Shown: one piece after another, positions 57,397 through 64,000 of the stretch
Layout: the number at the start of each line of letters is the position of its first letter
Numbering within the stretch: the stretch's first letter is position 1
From: Rhodospirillales bacterium
Lineage (GTDB): Bacteria; Pseudomonadota; Alphaproteobacteria; UBA8366; JADFVY01
DNA length: 64,000 nucleotides
Assembly: GCA_020356105.1 (NCBI GenBank)
Contig: CP070634.1
Location: 1,721,348 to 1,785,347 of the forward strand
Direction of reading: 5' to 3'
The notes under the pieces: model-generated
What the model was told of the DNA's origin: nothing
The model's input: only the letters and a program-made list of their open reading frames with translations
Databases searched by the model: none
Made by a program: the position numbers and the translations under genes

Positions 57397-59190
57397 TTAC
57401 AGCGGCCAGATCCACAACAACATGGGAATCGCGACGATGACGATGATCGCTTCGAGCGGCAGGCCGATGCGCCAGTAATCGCCGAATTTGTAGCCGCCCG
57501 GCCCGAGGATCAGGGTGTTGTTCTGATGGCCGATGGGGGTCAGGAAGGCGCAGGAGGCGCCGATCGCAACGGCCATCAGGAAGCTGTCCGGATTGACCGA
57601 TAGCCGATCGGCGATGCCGACGGAAATCGGTGCCATCACCACCGCGGTCGCTGCGTTGTTCATCACGTCCGAGAGCGTCATGGTCACGATCAGCACCAGG
57701 CCGAGGATCACCCAGGCCGGCAGCCCGGCCGAGACATCGACCAGCAAGTTGGCAATCAGCGCCGTCGCGCCGCTCGCCTCCAGCGCGCCGCCGACCGGGA
57801 TCATCGCACCCAGCAGCACGATCACCGGCCAGTCCACCGCATCGTAGATCTCGCGCACCGGGACGATATTGAACAGCACCATCAGTCCGACGGCGGCGGC
57901 GAACGCGGCGGGCAGGCTCAGCACGCCGAGGCTGGCGGCTGCGACAGCGGCAACGAAGATGCCGATCGCCAGCAGCCCGTGGCGCTGCCGCTGGATCAGC
58001 AAGGCGCGATGGGCCAGCGGCAGGCAGCCGAGCGAACCGATGACCGCAGGCAACCGTTCCGGATCGCCCTCGAGCAGCAATACGTCACTGGCGCGGAACC
58101 GGAAGTCGCGCAGCCGTCCACGGAAGGGCTGACCCTGGCGCGAAACCGCGAGCAGATTGACGCCGTGCCGGCGCCGCAGCCGCAGCGCCTCGGCGGTGGT
58201 GCCGATGATGCTCGATTTCGGCAACACGACCGCTTCCGTCAGCTCGATGTCGCCGCTTTCCGTTTCCGGCAGCGCTGCTTCCTTCTGCCGTTTCTTCGTG
58301 ATGTCCGCCGGATGCAGTTTCAGGGCGTTGTGCACCGCCGAGAGGGCGTCCGGTCCGGTCTCCAGCACCAGCACGTCGCCGGCCTGCACGATCTCCCGAC
58401 GGTGGCCGTGCTCGATGCGGCGGTCGGCGCGGATCAGGCCCAGCACGACCGCGTCGTGCTCCTCCGATAGGGCGTCCGCATCCTTCAGCGTCTTGCCGAC
58501 GAGCGGGCTCTTCTCCTCAACCACCGCCTCGCTGAGATAGGCCTCGATCTCGAACAGCTCGCGCGCCGACATCTTCGCCCGGCGCGACGCTGGCACCAGT
58601 CGCCAGCCGACGAGCGCGACGAAGGCGATGCCGGCCAGCGCCACCGCGCCGCCCACCGGCGTGAAGTCGAACATTCCGAAGGGCTCGCCGGTCAGGCCGC
58701 CGCGAAAGGCAGCGACGATGATGTTGGGTGGCGTGCCGATCAGCGTCAACAGCCCGCCGAGGATCGACCCGAACGACAGCGGCATCAGGAGCAGCGCCGG
58801 CGACCGCGCCGCCTTCGCCGCCGAGTGCAGCGCCGCCGGCATCAGCAGCGCCAGCGCCCCGACATTGTTCATCACCGCCGACAGCGCGCCGCCGATGGCC
58901 GCCAGCGCCCCGACATGGCCCGATACCGAGCCGCCAGACGGGATCAGTCGCGCAATGGACTGGATGGCGCCGGAATGCTGCAGGCCGCGCGAGACGATCA
59001 GCACCAGCGCCACGGTCACCGTGGCGGGATGGCCGAAGCCGGCAAACATGGCGCCGAACGGTACCGTGCCCGCCAGCGTCGCTGCGAGCAGCGCCGCGAA
59101 GGCGACGATGTCATAGCGCCAGCGTCCCCAGGCGAACAGGACCAGTACGGCGCCGAGCAGCGCAAGCAGGAAGATCTGGTCGAACGTCAT
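57397..59190 (-). CDS. SLC13/DASS-family permease with central TrkA-C domains
   Basis: Two polytopic halves flank two soluble repeats (GKTLKDA...VVLGLIR, IIGTTAEALRLRRRHGVNLLAV); 597 aa. Confidence 0.88.
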   Translation of the reverse strand: MTFDQIFLLALLGAVLVLFAWGRWRYDIVAFAALLAATLAGTVPFGAMFAGFGHPATVTVALVLIVSRGLQHSGAIQSIARLIPSGGSVSGHVGALAAIGGALSAVMNNVGALALLMPAALHSAAKAARSPALLLMPLSFGSILGGLLTLIGTPPNIIVAAFRGGLTGEPFGMFDFTPVGGAVALAGIAFVALVGWRLVPASRRAKMSARELFEIEAYLSEAVVEEKSPLVGKTLKDADALSEEHDAVVLGLIRADRRIEHGHRREIVQAGDVLVLETGPDALSAVHNALKLHPADITKKRQKEAALPETESGDIELTEAVVLPKSSIIGTTAEALRLRRRHGVNLLAVSRQGQPFRGRLRDFRFRASDVLLLEGDPERLPAVIGSLGCLPLAHRALLIQRQRHGLLAIGIFVAAVAAASLGVLSLPAAFAAAVGLMVLFNIVPVREIYDAVDWPVIVLLGAMIPVGGALEASGATALIANLLVDVSAGLPAWVILGLVLIVTMTLSDVMNNAATAVVMAPISVGIADRLSVNPDSFLMAVAIGASCAFLTPIGHQNNTLILGPGGYKFGDYWRIGLPLEAIIVIVAIPMLLWIWPL

Positions 59191-59348
59191 GAAAGGAACG
59201 AAAGATCCGTCATGTCAGATCGTGCAAGCCTAGCAGCTTCACCGGCGGGGGCAACTAAAGCGGCGCGGCGCTTGCGCTGGCGGTCCGCTACGCTATTTGT
59301 TACCTTGTCGACAACAGGAATATCAAGGAATTGGCGGGTTACACAACA

Positions 59349-59840
59349 ATGAAGCCGATCGACCCGCAGAGCCTGCGCACGGCGCTCGGTTGCTTTGCGA
59401 CCGGTGTGACGGTGGTCACGGGCCTCGGTGCCAACGACGAGAAACTGGGGGTGACGGCCAGTTCGTTCAATTCGGTCTCGCTGGATCCGCCGCTGGTGCT
59501 GTTCAGTCTCAATCGCCGCGCCTACAGCATGCCGCATTTCCTGGAGAGCGGGCATTTCGCCGTCAACGTCCTGCGCGAGGACCAGGTCGAACTGGCCAAC
59601 CGCTTCGCAATGCCCCTGGCCGACAAATGGGACGGCATTCATTTCGAGATCTGGGATTTCGGCTGTCCGATTCTCGCGGATGCGCTGGCCAGTTTCGAGT
59701 GCCGCACCCGCTACACCTACGACGGCGGCGACCATATCATCTTCGTCGGCGAGGTCGAGCGGATGCGCGCCGACCTCGACGGCCATCCGCTGCTGTTCTA
59801 CCGCGGCTGCTATCAGTCGCTCGACAAGGAGCGGGCCTGA
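59349..59840 (+). CDS. Flavin reductase-family protein
   Basis: LGCFATGVTVVT and SFNSVSLDPPLVLFS. The start is uncertain (ATG 59349 or TTG 59331). Confidence 0.85.
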   Translation: MKPIDPQSLRTALGCFATGVTVVTGLGANDEKLGVTASSFNSVSLDPPLVLFSLNRRAYSMPHFLESGHFAVNVLREDQVELANRFAMPLADKWDGIHFEIWDFGCPILADALASFECRTRYTYDGGDHIIFVGEVERMRADLDGHPLLFYRGCYQSLDKERA

Positions 59841-59882
59841 CGGGGCTTTCCGCAGGGCCGCGGCTGTGGCAGGCTGATCGCC

Positions 59883-60536
59883 ATGGCCGACTCGACTGCC
59901 GTTCGCCGGGAACCGCTGGTCCTTCTTGCGATCGCGGGCGTATTGCTGGTCGTCTCCGGTATCGGGCCGGTGGATCGCCTGACCTGGGTGCTGGAAGTGG
60001 CGCCGGTGGCGATTGGTATCCCCCTGCTGCTGGCGACGCGCGCGCGTTGGCCGTTGACGATACTGCTCTACCGGCTGCTGTTCCTGCATGCCTGTATCCT
60101 CATGCTCGGCGGCCATTACACCTATGCCCAGGTGCCCCTCGGATTCTGGGTGCAGGACTGGCTCGACCTCTCGCGCAACCATTACGACCGGCTGGGCCAC
60201 TTCGTGCAAGGCTTCGTCCCGGCGATCCTGATGCGCGAGATCCTCTGGCGCGCCTCGCCGCTTCGCGGCAGCTATTGGCTGCCCTTCCTGGTGGTCTGCT
60301 TCAGCCTTGCATTCAGCGCCTTCTACGAGTTCATCGAATGGTGGGGGGCCCTCATCATGGGCGCGGCTGCGGATGCCTTCCTTGCAACCCAGGGCGATCC
60401 CTGGGACACGCAATGGGACATGTTCCTTGCCATGTGCGGCGCGATCACGGCGATTGTCCTGTTATCGAGGGCGCACGATCGACAGTTGGAAGATCTGACC
60501 GGCCGTCGAAGCGGACAGGCCCGGTCGATCCATTAA
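59883..60536 (+). CDS. DUF2238 / YjdF-family membrane protein
   Basis: Six hydrophobic segments and NHYDRLGHFVQGFVPA. The family is assigned from memory. Confidence 0.7.
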   Translation: MADSTAVRREPLVLLAIAGVLLVVSGIGPVDRLTWVLEVAPVAIGIPLLLATRARWPLTILLYRLLFLHACILMLGGHYTYAQVPLGFWVQDWLDLSRNHYDRLGHFVQGFVPAILMREILWRASPLRGSYWLPFLVVCFSLAFSAFYEFIEWWGALIMGAAADAFLATQGDPWDTQWDMFLAMCGAITAIVLLSRAHDRQLEDLTGRRSGQARSIH

Positions 60537-60562
60537 CCCGCCGTAAACCATGTTCGTGTTGA

Positions 60563-60612
60563 GACCTTGCTTTCGCGGCTGCGCCTGAAGTCGCAGCCGC
60601 AGCCGCAAGGTC
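60563..60612 (+). terminator. Compound GC-rich hairpin after the yjdF-like gene
   Basis: GACCTTGC-tttc-GCGGCTGCG-cctgaagt-CGCAGCCGC-agcc-GCAAGGTC (8 + 9 bp). No U-tract follows. Confidence 0.45.
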
Positions 60613-60731
60613 CCTGTTGGTGGCGGGACTGGAAGGGAGCTTTTGACCGGATGTCGCCGATCCGCACGCGGATGAATTGCTTTTTTCAGCGTGCGTTCAG
60701 CTAAACGGCGTTAGAATTCGGTTGGATAGAC

Positions 60732-61433
60732 ATGCTGACGAAAACGCGGATACGACTCCTCGGAGGAGGTCGGGCGGTTTGCGCGCTGACCGCAATGATC
60801 GCTGCGCTCCAGATTGTGGCGGGCGCCGTCGGCGATGCGCGTGCCGACGACGACACGCCGCCGGGTGAGCTGGAGATCGTGCCCGTCCCGCGTTTGTTCG
60901 AGCGCGTGCACAACGCGTTCTCCGGCCGGATTCTCACCGTCGAGCTGGCACAATCCGAAATCCCGGCCTATGAGGTCAAGCTGCTGACCGAGAGCGGCAA
61001 CGTGCTGCTGCTCTCCTATGACGCAACGAGCCTTCGACTAAACAGCGTCGTCGGCCATCGCAACGAGACGGACGTCAAGGACGCGACGGTGACCTTTGTC
61101 GGCGAAGCGGTCGCCGGTGAAGACGCCAACGAGAGCGACGACGCCGACGACCGCGATGACGACCGCGATGACGGTGGCGATGACGACGAGGATGACGAGG
61201 AGGACGATCGCGCCGATGATCGCGACGACGACCGGGACGACGGTGGAGACGATCGCGATGACGACGGCGCAGACGACCGCGACGACGACGGGGACGACGA
61301 CCGCGACGACGATGGCGACAACAGTGGTTCGGATAGCGACAACAGTGGTTCCGATAGCGACAACAGCGGGCCGGGCGGCGACGACAGCGGATCCGGCGGC
61401 AACAGCGGGCCGGGCGGCGGCGATGATGATTGA
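60732..61433 (+). CDS. PepSY-like exported protein with a long Asp-rich low-complexity tail
   Basis: Signal anchor, then a PepSY-like core (GRILTVEL...YEVKLLTESGNVLLLSYDA), then about 110 aa of DDRDD/DNSGSDS repeats. Confidence 0.75.
   Translation: MLTKTRIRLLGGGRAVCALTAMIAALQIVAGAVGDARADDDTPPGELEIVPVPRLFERVHNAFSGRILTVELAQSEIPAYEVKLLTESGNVLLLSYDATSLRLNSVVGHRNETDVKDATVTFVGEAVAGEDANESDDADDRDDDRDDGGDDDEDDEEDDRADDRDDDRDDGGDDRDDDGADDRDDDGDDDRDDDGDNSGSDSDNSGSDSDNSGPGGDDSGSGGNSGPGGGDDD
61315..61370 (+). repeat. Tandem 21-bp coding repeat (2.7 units)
   Basis: gcgacaacagtggttcggata / gcgacaacagtggttccgata / gcgacaacagcggg, inside the acidic tail. Confidence 0.85.
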
Positions 61434-61530
61434 GCGAGGATTTCGCGAGCATCGCATCGCGAACCGCCATTCGCGCCGGGCTTTTGTCCGGGACCTTGAT
61501 CGGCGTGACCGGGCCGCCGGAGCGGTGTGA

Positions 61531-62205
61531 ATGCGAGTGCTTGTGGTCGAAGACGATGCGCGCGTCGCCGGGCAGGTCACCGAGTCACTGCGTGGCGCCG
61601 GTTACGTCGTCGAAGCGGCCGAGGAGGGGGAAGAGGCGCAGTTCCTCGGTGATACCGAAGACTACGACGCCGTTGTCCTCGATCTCGGTTTGCCCGGCGT
61701 CGACGGGTTGACGGTGCTGCAACGCTGGCGGGCGGCTGGGCGGAGCATGCCGGTGCTTGTTCTGACGGCGCGGGATACCTGGCGCGACAAGGTAACCGGG
61801 CTGCGGGCCGGCGCCGACGACTACCTGGCCAAGCCGTTCGAGATGGAGGAGATGGTGGCGCGGGTCGAGGCGCTGATCCGACGCGCCGCGGGCCACGCCA
61901 GCCCGCTGCTGACCTGTGGCGAAATCCAGCTTGATTCCGCCACCGGCCGCGTGACGCTTGCCGGTGCACCGATCACGCTGACGGCGCTGGAGTACCGGAC
62001 GCTGTCCTACCTGATTCACCATGTCGGCGAGATCGTCTCGAAAACCGAACTTACCGATCACATTTACGGTCAGGATTTCGATCGGGATTCCAACGTCATC
62101 GAGGTGCTGATCAACCGTTTGCGGCAGAAGCTCGGCCGCAACGTGATCGAGACCCAAAGGGGACGTGGTTATCGTCTTGTCGCCCCGGACGATGCGGAAC
62201 ATTAG
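61531..62205 (+). CDS. OmpR/PhoB-family response regulator
   Basis: Receiver domain (VVLDLGLPGVDG) plus a winged-helix output domain (LTALEYRTLSYL, RGRGYRL). Confidence 0.92.
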   Translation: MRVLVVEDDARVAGQVTESLRGAGYVVEAAEEGEEAQFLGDTEDYDAVVLDLGLPGVDGLTVLQRWRAAGRSMPVLVLTARDTWRDKVTGLRAGADDYLAKPFEMEEMVARVEALIRRAAGHASPLLTCGEIQLDSATGRVTLAGAPITLTALEYRTLSYLIHHVGEIVSKTELTDHIYGQDFDRDSNVIEVLINRLRQKLGRNVIETQRGRGYRLVAPDDAEH

Positions 62206-63556
62206 CCTGACCCGGCGGCTCGCGCTCGTCGCTGCCGTGCTGATCGCATGCAGCCTTTTCGGTGCTGGCGTGCTCCTTGTTTACATGTTCGAGCACCATA
62301 TCGAGCGGCGCTTCGATGTCGCTCTCATGGACCATCTCGATGAACTCATCGCGGCCAGCGAGATCGACGGCGCAGGCCGCCTGAAGCTCGGCTGGACGGC
62401 ATTCGAGCCCCGGTTCAATCGGCCGGGTTCCGGCTGGTATTGGCAGATCACGCAGGATGGAAGACTCGAGGCCGCGTCCGACTCGCTGGCAGGAATGCGG
62501 CTGGCCCTGCAGGGCAGGGCATCGGAGACCGTGCATGAGTTTGACGATCCGACCGGTCAACCGGTGCGGATATTCCTGCGGCATATCACGCTGCCCGGTG
62601 TCGACCAGGTATTCACCTATGCGGTTTCCGGGCCGTCGTCCGACATCCAGAGCGACGTGCGGCAGTTTTCGATGATCACGGCGGCCACGCTTGCGACGCT
62701 CGGCGCGGGTCTGATCCTCGCCGTCCTGTTCCAGGTCCAGTACGGCCTGCGCCCGCTCAAGGGGCTTCGCGACGCCCTGTCGGACATCCGCTCAGGTCGC
62801 CAGGATCGCATGCCGGAGATCTTTCCCATCGAGGTGGAGCCGGTGGTGGACGAGGTCAATGCGCTTCTCGATCATAACGAGGCAATGCTTGCCCGGGCCC
62901 GCACGCAGGCCGGCGACCTGGCCCATGCGCTGAAACACCCGCTGATGGTGATCGCCTACGAGGCCCGTGCCCTTGATGACGACCGCGGCGGGGTGATTAC
63001 CGAGCAGGTGGCGGCGATGCGGCGCGCGGTAGACCGGAACCTGGCGCGTGCCCGGAGCGCGGGGCCGAGCGCCGCGTTCGGTGCCCGTGCGCCGCTGGCG
63101 GACGCCTACCAGGGCCTCCGCTTTTCGCTGGATCTGCTCTACCGGGATCGCGCCCTGAAGATCGAGGCGGGGAATCTCGACGGCCTCGTGTTTGCGGGCG
63201 ATGCCCAGGATCTCGAGGAGATGCTCGGCAACCTGATGGACAATGCCTGCAAATGGAGCCGCAGCCGCGTGCGTGTATCGGCGTCACGGCGGGACGGCGC
63301 GCTGGCGATCGCGGTCGAGGACGACGGGGTCGGCGTTGCCGAGGACAAGCGCGAAGCGGTATTGGCCCGTGGCGGCAGGCTCGACGAGCAGGTCGCCGGA
63401 GCCGGGCTGGGTCTGTGGATCGTCCGCGATATCGCCGAGCTGTATCGCGGCTCGCTCAACCTGTCGGAATCGGAGTTTGGCGGCCTCAGGGCGGAACTGG
63501 TCTTGCCCGCGACCGACCAGGACCAAGCGCTGGAGGGCGCCGGCGGGAAGTCCTGA
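62192..63556 (+). CDS. Sensor histidine kinase (periplasmic sensor, HAMP, HisKA, HATPase)
   Basis: H-box DLAHALKHPL, N-box NLMDNACKW, G1 EDDGVGV, G2 GAGLGLWI. The start at 62192 overlaps the end of the response regulator gene by 14 nt. Confidence 0.9.
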   Translation: MRNISLTRRLALVAAVLIACSLFGAGVLLVYMFEHHIERRFDVALMDHLDELIAASEIDGAGRLKLGWTAFEPRFNRPGSGWYWQITQDGRLEAASDSLAGMRLALQGRASETVHEFDDPTGQPVRIFLRHITLPGVDQVFTYAVSGPSSDIQSDVRQFSMITAATLATLGAGLILAVLFQVQYGLRPLKGLRDALSDIRSGRQDRMPEIFPIEVEPVVDEVNALLDHNEAMLARARTQAGDLAHALKHPLMVIAYEARALDDDRGGVITEQVAAMRRAVDRNLARARSAGPSAAFGARAPLADAYQGLRFSLDLLYRDRALKIEAGNLDGLVFAGDAQDLEEMLGNLMDNACKWSRSRVRVSASRRDGALAIAVEDDGVGVAEDKREAVLARGGRLDEQVAGAGLGLWIVRDIAELYRGSLNLSESEFGGLRAELVLPATDQDQALEGAGGKS

Positions 63557-63623
63557 GAGCCTGTGGAATCCGTCTGACGGCTTCAGGCGCTTGGCTGGTG
63601 CGTCGGTGGGGACGCACTCCGCC

Positions 63624-63999
63624 TCAACGATCGCACATGCCTGCCTTGGTGTCGCCGCCGGATGGGATCGAGCAGAGCTTGCCGCTGCCGTCCAGGTATA
63701 GATATCCGTAGCCGCGTGCCCACACGAGATCCCGATACCGGTAGAGGTCGCCGCGTCCGACGCAGACGTCGCCCTCGCGGAAATCGTCCTCGCGGCAGCC
63801 TTCATATCTTTCGTATTCCACGCAGAGCGTGCTGTCGGCATTTCTGCACGGGGCGGTGACGAATTCGAAGGAGGCGTCGGCGGCGATCCTGTAGGTGAAA
63901 TCCCGTTCCCCGTCATTGCCCTTGATTTTGCCCGCGCGCCACTGCGCCATCTTCTCGAAGCGTTCCTGATACGCCAACCAGGAATCCGCGACCCAGCCG
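63624..63999 (-). CDS. Cys-rich hypothetical protein (5' end runs off the window)
   Basis: The frame stays open to the window edge. G/C third positions are frequent, and it has seven Cys residues. I recognise no family. Confidence 0.45.
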   Translation of the reverse strand, partial: GWVADSWLAYQERFEKMAQWRAGKIKGNDGERDFTYRIAADASFEFVTAPCRNADSTLCVEYERYEGCREDDFREGDVCVGRGDLYRYRDLVWARGYGYLYLDGSGKLCSIPSGGDTKAGMCDR

Positions 64000-64000
64000 C

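Noticed and set aside
59305-59314. A perfect 10-bp palindrome, TTGTCGACAA, in the SLC13 / flavin reductase divergent promoter region.
   Set aside because: About 60 perfect 5+5 palindromes are expected by chance in 64 kb, so on its own it is not significant.
61100-61430. A highly repetitive DNA stretch that might at first look like a CRISPR-like or satellite array.
   Set aside because: The repeats are in-frame codon iterations (GAC/GAT/CGC, 21-bp units) inside a continuous ORF, without the spacer/repeat architecture of a CRISPR array. This is coding low-complexity sequence.

Overview
High-GC (roughly mid-60s % by eye) chromosomal segment that looks alphaproteobacterial: it has an aapJQMP-type general amino-acid ABC operon, a GAAC-N7-GAAC SOS-box-like site, a class II DAHP synthase and a short GltX. 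It is densely packed, mostly core housekeeping DNA. Recognisable genes include ftsH (5' partial), glmM, thiD, class I ribonucleotide reductase nrdA/nrdB, aapJQMP, tRNA-Val(CAC), gph, glmU-glmS, gabD, gor, nadE, gltX, cysS and prfC. There are also several conserved-hypothetical modules and an OmpR/HK two-component pair. I see no transposase, integrase, phage gene, CRISPR array or rRNA, and no integrase next to the tRNA, so I cannot point to a clear-cut novel multi-gene system such as a defence island. The observations most worth a second look are: (1) an in-frame TAA that truncates nadE while the conserved last 33 codons continue in the same frame; (2) two tandem divergent paralogues of unknown function; (3) a doubled LemA/DUF2207 module whose second DUF2207 copy lacks the ectodomain; (4) an orphan CoxL-type molybdoenzyme translationally coupled to a methyltransferase with a PqqD-like tail and to cysQ; (5) a 97-codon ORF wedged inside the nrdA-nrdB operon; (6) an SOS-box-like site between nrdA and an SRAP gene; (7) a duplicated AT-rich operator-like element upstream of a Spy/CpxP-like gene; (8) a PepSY protein with a long Asp-rich repeat tail next to a two-component system. 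All product calls come from motifs I recognise by eye in the supplied translations. No database search was run.
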